This document shows, one piece after another, positions 12,041 through 24,229 of a DNA stretch of 64,000 nt. Position numbers and translations under genes: made by a program. This DNA is from Gracilinanus agilis (taxonomy: Eukaryota). A model generated the notes under the pieces. The model saw nothing but the letters and a program-made list of their open reading frames with translations. It made no database searches and was not told where the DNA came from. Position 1 is the stretch's first letter. The number at the start of each line of letters is the position of its first letter. The stretch covers positions 478,672,689-478,736,688 of the forward strand of contig NC_058133.1 in the NCBI RefSeq assembly GCF_016433145.1, in the 5' to 3' direction.

Positions 12041-12815
12041 ATAGTTTAATTGTTAAGGATTTTTTCTTAATGTCAGGCCTAAATTAACCTTCCTACAAAT
12101 GCTGCCTACTATCCCATGTTCTATCCTTGGGCCAGTGAGCACAAATCTACATTCTTCCAAAGGAGAGATCTTCTAATACTAAAAGGCAGAAATCCTGTCT
12201 GACCTAGGTCTTCTATTCTCTCTGCTCACCATCTATAGTTTCTTCAACTCAACTCTAGGCACCTCACATCCTTGGCTGCCTTCGTCTTCTCAACAGAGAA
12301 GATGTGATTTTTGGCTTCCCTATCAACCTGTTGGCTCAAAGTGAGATGACAATCCACTGAACCCCCAGGGATTTTACAAAAATTTTGTTGGTTTAATGAT
12401 ACCACACCAATCTAGTATGAACATAACAGAATTCCATCTCCTAAATCCCTCTTCCCCAAGAACACTGAAACAACAGTGAGAAGATATGGTTTTAGAAAGT
12501 TTTATTCTGAAATCTTTGTCCAATAGACATCTGTGGAATCCATCAGGCAACCCCTGGACTCTAAGGAACAGAGGCTAGGTTGCTAATAGAAGTCCCCATA
12601 GGGGAAAAGTATCTTCCAGAAGTGGAATAGTACAAATAAATAAGTAAATCTGCTACCAAATAATTTACATAAGTTAAATATCACAGATAAAAATTAATTA
12701 TAATGGAGGAAAATATCTCAGAAAGGCTGAAGTCTCCAAAATTGTTTCTGACTATGGAATTCCTTAGCTTGGTCCATGTCCCTTGAAGATTCATAAGCCA
12801 AGGGCCCTGAACCCC

Positions 12816-14171
12816 TCAGTTCAGCTCCAATTCCTCCATATAGGTCTGAACCCAGTCATCACTGGGGTTGGCACACACCTGACGGCCTCTTTTGGTCTGG
12901 AACCTATGGAAGAGAAGAAGGGAGATAAGAGATCAAGTAGCTTTTCAGCTGGAGGTAGAGATGTTTATGTCTCCCTCAACCCTCATGTCTAGCACTGACA
13001 ACTTCCTGCATATCTCTGGCGGACCTAAGGGACAATTCTCACCTCTAGCAACATCTCTCAAGTCCTTCCGAGTTAATCAGGTTCTCTCTGAAGACCTGTC
13101 CAGTGGGGAGTCTCTAAAGAAGCCTGATCTTGGCATTAAATTCTCATCACTTCACTTTTCCTCTCCTCCTTCAATAAGTAGCTCCCACCTTGCTCCATGG
13201 AGAACTAAACCTTGGCCAAAGTTGACCAATGTGACTTCTTTCCCTTGTAACCAGGGTCCCACCTGAGTTGTCTCATTTATCTATTAGACCAAATTGCAGA
13301 ATGGCCCCATTTACTCTTTCCTTCCTCTCTCCTTGTATCCCCTAAAGAAATTCAGGGAGTAGATAGATACTCACACCACAGCTGGCTGAGAACACAGGCT
13401 GCTGGTCTCATAATAGTCTATCACAAATTTTCTGTGGATCTGTTGGCTGACATAGGAGAAGCAGCAGGAGGTGGGAGGGTCAGAGCCCACTGTAAAGAAA
13501 GAGGAGACATGAGATTAGGAAAGTCATTGTTCCCACTCTACATTCCTTAGCTATTGCCTGTATCCCAGGGACAAGTTCTGTGTCAGGCACACTGGAGATG
13601 TGATCCCTCATGGCTCCCTTATCCTGCTTCTCTCCAGCACTAGGTAGGATTCTCTCTGTGCCTGGAGAAGATTCAGACTTGCTGTTCTCATCCTCATATG
13701 GAATATTTGGAGAAAACCTGAAGTGTGGGAGCTAGAAGAGATATCAAAAATCTACCCATCTAATTCCACTCACCTGATGGAAATCACATGAGTATGTTGT
13801 GGGAAAGTCTGAAGGAGAACTTAGCTAGTTGAAGAACTCATGCTACTGCCCTTCCAGCTCCTTTCTCTTGCTTTGATCTTACTTAATAACTACTATATAC
13901 TGTTAAGGGCACTGTAATGTTTTCAAGTCCAAAAGACATAGAAATGCTCCCTGTTTTTGTTCTTGCCTTTCAGTCTTTCCCCTCCTGAATCACAACAGAT
14001 ATCCATGATCAGACCAGGCTCATCTTCTATCAGGGTTCTGTGTAGCATATGATCAGAAGCTGGGCACAGACACAGAGGGCAGGAGAAAGCTCACTTACTT
14101 GGTGCAGAAGATGCCAGAGAGCTGAAGACCATGACCATGAGGATGGAGAGGGCAGCCACAGAAACCTTCAT
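12816..14171 (-). CDS. CCL4: CCL4-like CC chemokine, copy 2, 91 aa
   Basis: Exons 14099-14171, 13375-13489, 12816-12903. [91 protein letters not shown]; the [28 protein letters not shown] and LELN motifs are typical of CCL4. TATA 14260-14265, AATAAA 12501-12506. Confidence 0.95.
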
Positions 14172-14239
14172 GATCCTGAGAGGAGAGAGGTGTCGGAGGA
14201 GCAGAGCACACACAAAGGGACTCTGGAGGTCTGTGTCTG

Positions 14240-14520
14240 TCTCACGCTTGGACTCTCTCTTTATAGGGGTTTCTAGGAGTACCCAGAGGGAAAGAAGAAA
14301 CATAAAAGGAGTGGAAATTCCAGGGTAGAGGTGAGGTCATGATGGCAATAGGAAACTGTAAAGGGAACCCAGGAAGTGTAAGTTTAGTATCAAGGCTGAG
14401 GTTCTCTTCCTCAATGCAGTTTCATCATGGGAGAAAGGGGAGGGAGGAGAGAGAGGAGAGAAATGCGCGTATGGTGGGGTAGCATGGGTGCTAAGGGGGA
14501 AGTGGTGAGGTTATGATAGC
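14240..14520 (-). promoter_or_regulatory. Copy 2 proximal promoter
   Basis: TATA 14260-14265; GGAAATTCC 14313-14321; TGAGGTCA 14332-14339; ISRE altered to GAAACTGTAA; ETS CAGGAAGT 14370-14377. Confidence 0.72.
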
Positions 14521-15424
14521 AGCAGAGACAGAAGAAATATCTAAAACTGAATTCAAAAGAGTTTTGTTGACCATTAATCTGAAACAGTATTCAACATGAT
14601 CTTCATTCTGCTTTGATATCACAACTACCTAGATTTTAGGGCTGTGGATTGAGAATTAGAAGGCTAGTAGAGGATTTCATTCAATTACCTCATTTTCCAT
14701 CTAAAGAAATTGTGGCTCAGAAAGAAGTTACTTGTCCAGAGTCAGACTGGTAGTCAAAAGCAAATCCTGTATATCGTGTGCTGACTCCACCTCGTTATAC
14801 ACGGAGAACAGTCCATATGGAAGAACCTTCAAGGGCACTCATGGTTAATTTTTATGCAAATAGTGGCCATGGGCAGATCCAAGAAATGAAATCTACTCGT
14901 CTTGGCCTATCCCCATGTCTGCTCTTTTGTGTGACAATATTAATCGCATATAATACTTTAAAGATAAAAAACTTTGACACTTCATATCATTTCATCTTCA
15001 CACCAACATTATGAAGTAGGCAAGTCTGATATTCTTTTCTTTAAATTTTATTCATGAGAAAAATGTTATCAGAAAAGAGAGACTTGACACATAGTAAATA
15101 CAGCTCTAGGCTTGAAGTCGGGAGGATCTGGATTCAAGTCTCATCTCTGAATCTTACCAGCTATATGATCCTTAACCTTACAGTACCCTGAGCCAATATA
15201 GCTAGTAAGTGTCTGATCTAGATTTGCACTCAGGTCTCTCTGACGTCTAGCATCACACTCTATCCACTGTACCACCTAGTCACCCTCTTTGTATACTGAA
15301 ACGTTCATATTTGTTGATATTTAATATCGATATTTGTAGTAAAAAAAAAGAAAAATATATGAAGTGTGAGAGTCCTGGCAATTTTAGAGACACTGACCTA
15401 AGTATGAATATCACTCTTAAGTTA

Positions 15425-15552
15425 AATGGTATATAATATAATATAATATAGTATGGTATAATATAATTTTGTATGGTATAATATAATATAATATAATATA
15501 ATATAATATAATATAATATAATATAATATAATATAATATAATATAATATAAT
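15425..15552. repeat. (AATAT)n microsatellite
   Basis: Directly visible pentamer array. Confidence 0.95.
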
Positions 15553-18067
15553 ATGTAGTTCTTAACTATCTTAATGTAAGTTTGGACTGTGGCTTTCAGT
15601 GGCCAAAGCTTTCTTTTCTTCCCTGTTCTCCCTCTCTCATTCTTACTGATACCTAAAGTGAGGTCCATGAGATATAGAGAGATCCAAGGGAATATGGGGA
15701 ACCAATACAGACGGAAGCCACAGAGAATATGCCCTCAAAATGAACAAGAATGAAAGGTGCAATGAACAGAAACATCTCAGACACACCTCTGCTGGAAGGG
15801 TGGTGCCCTGGGAAAGGAGAGGAAAAGAGGTCTCACTACATTCTCTTGGCTCAAGAAGGAAGAGGAAGAGGAAACCACACCGAGGTCTAGGATTTTCCCT
15901 TAGCAGTAGGGAGCAAAAGAGGACTTCCTCTTTATCCCTTAAGTTTTGATCAAAAATGGGTATCCCACTCCCATGACAAGTCAGCTCAGATCTGGTGGAT
16001 TTCCTACTCTTTTCCCCTCCAGCAGAGGTAGTATTTTGTAGTAGAAAAGGGAATGAACTTAGAAGTCAGGAAAGCTTAATCCTGCCTTTGATACTTACCA
16101 ACAGTGTTCCTGGGGAGGTCACTTACTCATTCTCATCCTTTAAATACTATTAATTTCCTTCTGTAATCTCTTAAATTCTCTGAGTTTCACTGAATTTAAT
16201 CATTTAAAATTCATTTTTCATTTAAAAATCTTAGTTCCAAGGGATAAGGATAAGAGACATTCAGAAACAAAGGGAGCAAATTATCCTTCAACAACAATAG
16301 AATTAAATTGCAAAAGGAGACTGAGAAAAGTGCAGGCACATGTTCTGGACTTGTCTTTTTTATTTCTGGGGCCATTTTGAGAGCCTCTCAACTCTTAGGG
16401 ATATAAAAGCATTCACTCTCTATTCACTGTAGTGACCTTCTCAGTCAAGCCTGGTAAAGCAGACAGCATGGTGGCATGGAAATCATGGAACAGCTTTTGA
16501 ATCATACCTTGGACACTCATGCTCATAGGAAAATTAATTAATCTCTCAGAGTCCATTTCCTCATCCATCAAATGGGGACAATAATATTCCCTCTTCCCAC
16601 TTCACATAGGTAGTTGAGAGAAAAGTGCTTTGAAGACTTGCAAAACCCTTCAAAAACATTTTAGGAACAAGATTTCTGGACCACAGGATCAAGAATTTGG
16701 AGTTAGAAGGATCCTTAGAAGGCATCAAGTCCTCACAAAGTCTTTCAAATCTCCCTTGGGATTTTATCTCCCCAACAACCCTTGGCAGCAGGCAGTACAG
16801 GGAAAATTATAATACTACCCAGGACTACTACCCACTAATAAAAAATGACATATATTAACTATTAATCAACAGTCATTGCCTCACTAAAGCCCTTGACAAT
16901 TTAAAAAACATATTCTTTTGCCCTGGTATCTCACGTAAGCCTAGAAAGATTGAATGAATTGCCCAAGATCACACAGTTAATGCATGGCAGGGTCCTAGTG
17001 GGAATACCAAGGAAGACTGGATTATTTCAGGAATTTATACATACAATAGTTCATGGTCCTCACCATAATCCTGTGAGGTGACATGGCAGCAGGTAGTATC
17101 CTTCCTATATGACAAAGTACAAATGAGACAAACAGGTGACAGGGATTTGTCCGAGGCTTTGTATTAATTCACCATCCCCCTAGATTTCCTGTCTTCTATG
17201 GTAGAAAGTGTCATTTCCATGTTAGAGTTGGGAGAAACTAAATAAAGTACATTTATTAGTGATTTGAGCAAGGACATTCAGCCAGAGCTTCTGACATCTC
17301 AAAGAGAACCAAAGGGACAATGGGGAAGAGGAGGGGACAGAAAGAGATGAAGGGAGTCTATTGGGATGAGTTGGGTCTATCAGTGGAGATTGTAGGGTAG
17401 AGGACCAAGAGGTGGAAATGACCTTAGTGTTTTACCTCTCAGCAAGGAGGCCAGTGTCAGTGGAAGAAAAATATATGGAGGATAGTAAAATATTAAAACA
17501 GTAGGAAAGAAGGAGTCAGAGTGTTAAAGGCTTAAAAAGTCAGAGAATTTTATGTTCTATCCTGGAAGTGATAGGGAGCCACTGTAGTTTATTAAGTAGT
17601 GAGGTGACATGGTCAGACCAATTCTTTGGGAAGATCACATTGCCAGCTGAGGGAAGGATGGAGTAGAATGGGGGAATGTGGGAAAAGGAGATCAATCAAT
17701 AGGATATCATTACTTTAATTGATAAAGTCTGAGGATGAATTTTCTTGTTCTGCAGTTTAACCTTACTAAAATGCAGGCACTTAATTTTGTTTCATTCTCA
17801 AGCTAGAAAGTGTCTGAACTAAGACAAGAATTTGAATTTTGTGACTTGAAATTTTCTTATTGGTCAGTTTACTCTAAGTTTCTCTTTCATTTAAAAATAT
17901 ATTACTATTCTTGTTATATACACTGAATCCATCTAGATGTTTGGAATAGGTTAAGTGACTTGCCCGTGATCATACCAGTAGTGCCAGGATTTCTAGACAC
18001 TCTGATCCTAAATCAAGCTTCTTCTCTTCTGCCACAACTTAAAATAACTCATTCTCATTATTTTCCT

Positions 18068-18413
18068 NNNNNNNNNNNNNNNNNNNNNNNNNNNNNNNNN
18101 NNNNNNNNNNNNNNNNNNNNNNNNNNNNNNNNNNNNNNNNNNNNNNNNNNNNNNNNNNNNNNNNNNNNNNNNNNNNNNNNNNNNNNNNNNNNNNNNNNNN
18201 NNNNNNNNNNNNNNNNNNNNNNNNNNNNNNNNNNNNNNNNNNNNNNNNNNNNNNNNNNNNNNNNNNNNNNNNNNNNNNNNNNNNNNNNNNNNNNNNNNNN
18301 NNNNNNNNNNNNNNNNNNNNNNNNNNNNNNNNNNNNNNNNNNNNNNNNNNNNNNNNNNNNNNNNNNNNNNNNNNNNNNNNNNNNNNNNNNNNNNNNNNNN
18401 NNNNNNNNNNNNN
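18068..18413. other. Assembly gap (346 N)
   Basis: N run. Confidence 1.
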
Positions 18414-18494
18414 TGTCTCTAGCATTTCCTTACAATTGCCATCAGATAACTATTCTTAAGCCTATACTTTAACAATATAACAGAATCAAAGAAC

Positions 18495-18735
18495 TTTTTT
18501 ATGTAAAGCACTGGACTTGGATTCAGGAAGAATTATCTTCCTGATTTCAAATCTAGCTTCAAACATTTACTAACTGTGCGACCCTGGACAAGTCACATAA
18601 CCCTGTTTGTCTCGGTTTCTTGTCTAAGCTGACCTAGAAAAGGAAATGGCAAACCACTCCAGTATCTATGCAAGAAAACCTTAAAAAAGTTGATGAAGAG
18701 TTAGATATTATTGAAATGACTCAACAACAACAAAA
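18495..18735 (+). mobile_element. MAR1-like SINE (paralogous to 30580)
   Basis: gaaaaggaaatggcaaaccactccagtatctatgcaagaaaacc. Confidence 0.7.
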
Positions 18736-19758
18736 ACAACATAGTCATCTATTCCAAAAAGGTAACTGAAAAAAAAAATCCCCCCTATCACAACCTTTAT
18801 AAATGGTCACCAAGTCTCAGTTTAAAGACCTCCAAGGGAGAGGCAATCATATTCCAGTTTGGACAGGTATAATTATTAAGAATTTTTTCCTATTGTCAAA
18901 TCTAAATTTATATGCTCACAAATTCCACCTCTACCCTTGGTGCTATCCTTGAGTTCCAAAGAGCCCAAATCTATACTATTTCACAGGACATACCATTTAG
19001 AACTTGAGGATTTGAATCATGCCTGACCTGAGTCTTCTCTTCTCCCCACTAATCAATCCCTCTAGTCCCTTCGCTTCATCCTCTTGGGGTTCTAGACACC
19101 TCATGTTCTTGGCTGCCTTCCTCTGAACATTCTCCAGTTTCCCTATATTCTTCTTAAACTGTGGGTACCAGAAATGACCACAATACTTATCAGTTTGGTT
19201 TCCTCAGATAAGAACAGTAGGACTATTGCCCCTTGATTCCAGGAACCTTGCTTCTCCACAGAGAAGATGTCATTTTTGGCTTACCCATCAACCTACTGAC
19301 TCAAAGTGAGATGGAAGCCCACCTAACCCACAGAGCTATTACAGAAACTTTGTTGTCTAATGTTGTCACACCCATCTGGTATGATAACAGCACAACTCCC
19401 ACTTCCCAACCCTCATGCTCAAGAACATTGAAACCACAACAAATAGATATGGTTTTTAAATTTTATTCTGAAATTTTTGTTCATTAGACATTCATTGAAT
19501 ACATCAGGTTACTCAAAGAACTTTAAGAAAGAGAGACTAGGCTGGTAATGGAGGTCCCCATAGGGGACAGATGTCTTCCAGAAGTGCAAATAGTATGAAA
19601 CAATACCCAGAGCTGCCACCAAATAATTTACATTATTTACATAAATTTACATGAATCTTATAGATAAAAAGGAGTTATAATGGGGGAGAAGTCTTATGAC
19701 TGTGGGATTAGTTTGGTCCCTGTCTTTTTAAAGTTCATTGGCTAAGGTCCTGAGCCCC

Positions 19759-21428
19759 TCAGTTCAGCTCCAGTTCCTCCATGTAGGTCTGAACCCAGTC
19801 ATCACTGGGGTTGGCACATACTTGACGGCCTCTTTTGGTCTGGAACCTATAAAGAGAAGAGGGGAGATGAGAGGTCAAGGAGCTTTTCAGCTTGAGGTAG
19901 AAATGTTTCTCTGTGGTTCCCCCCACCCCAACCCAAGTCTAGTTCTGACAACTTCCTGCATACCTCTGGAGAATCTTAAAGGACAATCCTCATCTCTTAA
20001 CATCTCTCAAGTCTTATAAATCAATTATTTTCTCTGGTGACCTATCCAGTAGGAAGTTTGTCAAGAAAACTTGACTTGGTATAAAATTCCTGTGGCTTCA
20101 GTTTTTCTCTCCCCCTTGCATGAGTAGCTCTCATCTTGCTCTATGGAGAACTAAACCTTAGCCAGGAGCCCCCTGTGTGACTTCTTTCCCTTATAACCAG
20201 AGTTACACCTGAGTTGTCTCATTTATCTATTAGACCAAGTTGCAGAATGGCCCCATTTACTCTTTCTTCCTCTCTCCTTATATCCCCTAAAGAGATTCAG
20301 GGAGTAGATAAATACTCACACCACAGCTGGCTGGGAACACAGGCTGCTGGTCTCATAATAGTCTATCACAAATTTTCTGTGGATCTGTTGGCTGACATAG
20401 GAGAAGCAGCAAGAGGTGGGAGGGTCAGAGCCCACTGTAAAGAAAGAGGAGGCATGAGATTAGGAAGGTCATTGTTCCTACCCTCCAGTCCTTAGCTGTT
20501 GCATATCCCAGGAACAAGCTCTGTGTCAGGCACACTGGAGATGTGACCCCTCATGGCTCCCTTATCCTGCTTCCCTCCAGTACCAGGTGGGATTCTCAGT
20601 GTGCCTGGAGAAGGATCAGGCTTGTTGTTCTCATCCCTATTGAGAATATTTGGAAGAAACCTGAAGCATGGGAGCTAGAAAAGATGTCAGAGATCTAGCC
20701 ATCTAATTCCTACTTTTTGTCAAGAAGCCACTTGCTAGAAATTACATGGATATGTTGCGAGAAAGCCTGGATAAGGATTAAATCAGACACTGAACACAGT
20801 CTAATGCCCTTTCTGCTCTCTTCTGCCTTTAGCTTACACCTTAACCAGAATATACTGTCAAGGACATTGTAATGTTTTCTTTTTTTTCTTTCTCTTCTTG
20901 TTTTTTTTTTTTTACTATTTGTTGATTTTATTTTAAGACTTCTATAATTATTTGTTCTTGTCCTTACTCTGAACCAAAGTTCTCTAAGTCCTACCAATTG
21001 CTCCTAGCTTTGCCTTCTGCTGCCAACATATTATATCTAATCCATATACTATATGGCAACTCTTCATGTTAGTCACACACAGACCCAAATCTTCTCTTTT
21101 TCACATTAAACATCCCGACTTCTTTCAACTCATTTTTGTTTGGTATGGCACCCAATCTTCTTTCCATCTTGCATGGTAATGTTTTCAAGTCCAAAAGGCA
21201 TAGAAATTCTTCTTGTTCCTACTCCTCCTTTTCAGTGTTCCTCCCTCCCCAGAAGATCTCTAGGATCAGACTAAGCTTATCTCCTATCAGGGTTCCATAC
21301 AGTTTATGACCAGAGCCTGGGCACAATCACAGAAAATCAGAAAAAGCTCACTTACGTGGTGCAGAAGATGCCAGACTGCTGAAGGCCATGACCATGAGGA
21401 TGGAGAGAGTAGCCACAGAAACCTTCAT
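19759..21428 (-). CDS. CCL4: CCL4-like CC chemokine, copy 3, 91 aa
   Basis: Exons 21356-21428, 20320-20434, 19759-19846. [95 protein letters not shown] 21519-21524, AATAAA 19462-19467. Intron 1 is enlarged by an insertion. Confidence 0.95.
20880..21175 (-). mobile_element. Polyadenylated retro-insertion (old L3/CR1-derived sequence) in intron 1 of copy 3
   Basis: TSD gtaatgttttc at 20869-20879 and 21176-21186 (15 bp with one mismatch). A-rich tail at 20880-20915, AATAAA at 20927-20932. The empty site is visible in copy 4 (aaggacatggtaatgttttcaagtcc, ~32953-32978). Confidence 0.85.
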
Positions 21429-21499
21429 GATTCTGAAAGAAGAGAGATGTTGCAGGAGCAGAGCACAATGTAAGAGACTCTGGATATCTGTGACTGTGC

Positions 21500-21770
21500 C
21501 TCATGCTTGGATTCTGTTTTTATAGGAGTTTGTAGGAATATCCAGCGAGAAAGAAGGAACATGAAAGAGGTGGAAATTCCTGGGTAAAACTGACATCATG
21601 GTAGGAGTAGGAAACTGAAAAGCAAACCCAGGAAATGTAAAGCTGTTAGTAGGGAGTAAAGTTCTCTTCCTCAGCATAATTTCATCATGGGGGGAAATGG
21701 AGGGGAAAGAGAGAGAAATGTGGGGTGGTAAGGGTGCTAAAGGGGAAGTGGTAAATTTGAGCTAGAAGCA
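21500..21770 (-). promoter_or_regulatory. Copy 3 proximal promoter
   Basis: TATA 21519-21524; GGAAATTCC 21572-21580; TGACATCA 21591-21598; ISRE 21611-21620; ETS CAGGAAAT. Confidence 0.72.
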
Positions 21771-22868
21771 GAGACAGATGAAACACATCCAAAACTAAAT
21801 CAGAAGGAGTGTTTTGTTCACCATTGATATGGAGGTGTCTTCAACAATATCGTAACTGCCTAGATCTTAGAATTACAGATTGAGAGCTAGAAAGACCCTT
21901 AGTGTTCTCGCCCAACACTTTAATTTTCTAGCTAAAGAAACTGTGGCCCAAAGAGAACTGACTTGCCCAAGATCGTGTAGTAGTCAGAAGCAGATCTTAG
22001 ATATGGTCCCAGGTCTGCTGACTCCATATATTTATATTTGCTGAGAATAGAACATATGAGGAACCACCTAAGGTCCATTAAGGGGCACTCATGGGCAATG
22101 TGCAAATGGTGGCCATGGGAAGGTCCATGAGATGAGGACTCCTAGATATGGCCCAACCTTATGTCTGCTGTGATGATATTAACAACTTCCATTTATATAA
22201 CATTTTAAGGATAAAGATTTTGATGTTGATAATCTCATTTCATCTTCACATCAATCTTATAAAGAAGGCAACTTTGGTCTTCTCCTCTCTAGTTTATTTA
22301 TGACAAAATGGAGACTTGACATATAGTGAATAGAACCCTAAGCTTGAAACTAGGAAGAACTGGGTTCAAGTCCCATCTCTGAAACTTACTAGCTATGAGA
22401 TCTTCTATCTCACAGTACCACCAGTCAACACTCTAATTAGATGATTTATAGAACAGTTGCTATATAATTACCAGTTATTATTAAATTGCTTATTTAACCT
22501 TTAATAACCAGGAAGTGGCAGATTCAAGATTTGACCTTAGACCATTTGACTTCCGACAGTTTTACAAACTATGAGGCACACACTATGGGAGAGGAGAAAA
22601 CATGAGAGCCTCTCAGGGGGACGTGCATATAAAACAATGACTAGAATTATGGAATATTTTTTTAGTTCACAACCATTACATATGCATCCTTTTTTATCCA
22701 AGAAAAATTAAATTTATGTGAAAGAAGAGAAAAAAATTATTGGGGGGGGAGATAGAGATGTATTTGAATACAATGTTACTATTTAATGGGTTCAGAAGTG
22801 GTGAGGTAGAACAGGAATCTCCTTCAATTTTTCTGGAATTTATGAAATACAATTTTTCTATCCAGATT

Positions 22869-23560
22869 TGGAGTCAGCAGATGTGGGACCAGATAGATCT
22901 GCCTCTGATTACTGGTATGACCTTAGATAAGTTACTTCTCTCTGGATCATAGTGTTTCTTTAAACTCTTGTCTTCTGTCTTAGAATCAATATCAATAATA
23001 ATAATAATAATCAATATTAAGTACTGGTTACATGCCAAAAGAATAGTAAAGGCTATGCAATTGGGGGTAAGTGACTTGCCTAGAGTCACAGAGCTAGGAA
23101 GTGGATGAAGCCTAATTTGAATCCAGGACCTCCCCTCTCTAAGTCTGGCTCTCTATCCACCAGAGCACCTAGCTGCTCTTAGAGCATAGTTTTTTAGATA
23201 TAAAATGAGGGTGTGGATCTATATAAGTTAGGACCTTTGTGGTTCTAAAAGTATAGTCCTAACATCTAAGCGGTTATGATATCAAAATCGCAGTAAGGTC
23301 ATACTGAATACTTCAGATCAATGGTGAACAAACTCTCCTTCCTATTAGTTTTCTACTTGGTTTTTCGGTCTCTGCTACCATCTCAAGTTTACCACTTCCC
23401 CCTCAGTCCCTTTGTCACCCAACTACGCACACATTTCTCCTCTCTCCAGCCACCCTCTTCTTTTCTCCATGATGAACCTGCCTGAAGAAGAGAACCTCAG
23501 CCCTAGACACCAGCCTTACATTTCCTGGGTTCATTTTCAGTTTCCAACTCCCACCCTGAC
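22869..23560 (+). repeat. Inverted duplicate of the CCL4 upstream promoter region (interrupted by a SINE)
   Basis: Reverse-complement similarity to 21596-22026, e.g. tggagtcagcagatgtgggacc vs ggtcccaggtctgctgactcca, and catttcctgggttcattttcagtttccaactcc. Confidence 0.85.
22960..23180 (-). mobile_element. SINE1_Mdo-like SINE inside the inverted promoter copy
   Basis: Characteristic body; absent from the paralog at 36201-36660. Confidence 0.7.
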
Positions 23561-24229
23561 CCATGGAACACCCTGTGGTACATGGTGTGAGATTTTGGTC
23601 TATGCTTGATTTCTGTCTGACATTTTCAATGTTTCTAATAGTTTTGGTCATATACAGAATGCTGACCCAAGTGGGTGATGCCTTTGGGTTTACTAAACAC
23701 TGCACTGCTATGTTCACATGCTTCTATTTCTGAAAGAAATGAACAAAACCTGGAGAAGAACCAGTAAGTGGCTAAAAGTATTGTCAATGAAAAAAAAATT
23801 CAAACCAGGCTAGAATGCTGATCACTACAATAAGTAATCATTCTATCCAAAAACTGATGTGAAAGCATGCTTCTCACCTTTTCAAGGGCAGGTGATAGAC
23901 TACAGTTGACAAATGAGGCAATATTTTGCTTTGTTTTGCTTGGTTATACACAATTTGTTATATAGGAGAATTTCTTTGGGGCAACTGATAGCAATGTAGA
24001 AAAAAAGGAGGGATAAAGAAAAATACATCAATGAAAAATTGAGGGGGGAAAAGAATACAAAAGAGCAAAAAAAAATTCTAGAAAGGGACCCAAACAAGCT
24101 AGGAACTTTATTTACCATTATCAAAAACTTAATGTATAACTAAAAATACCAAACTATATTCAGTAAATGTTTACAAATTCATACACCTTTTTTCTGTTCT
24201 TTATGTATTCTCTGTTGTTCATTCATGTT

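Noticed and set aside
15417-15668. ORF with YYIIL repeats
   Set aside because: Translation of the (AATAT)n microsatellite.
18068-18413. Gap at a unit junction hiding an extra CCL4 unit
   Set aside because: The paralogous junction (30140-30500) holds a SINE plus CT microsatellite of about the same size as the gap, and the flanks line up; a hidden unit is unlikely, though long reads should confirm.
17960-18472. Long ORFs spanning N runs (also near 41.6 kb and 52.3 kb)
   Set aside because: Artefacts of translating gaps.
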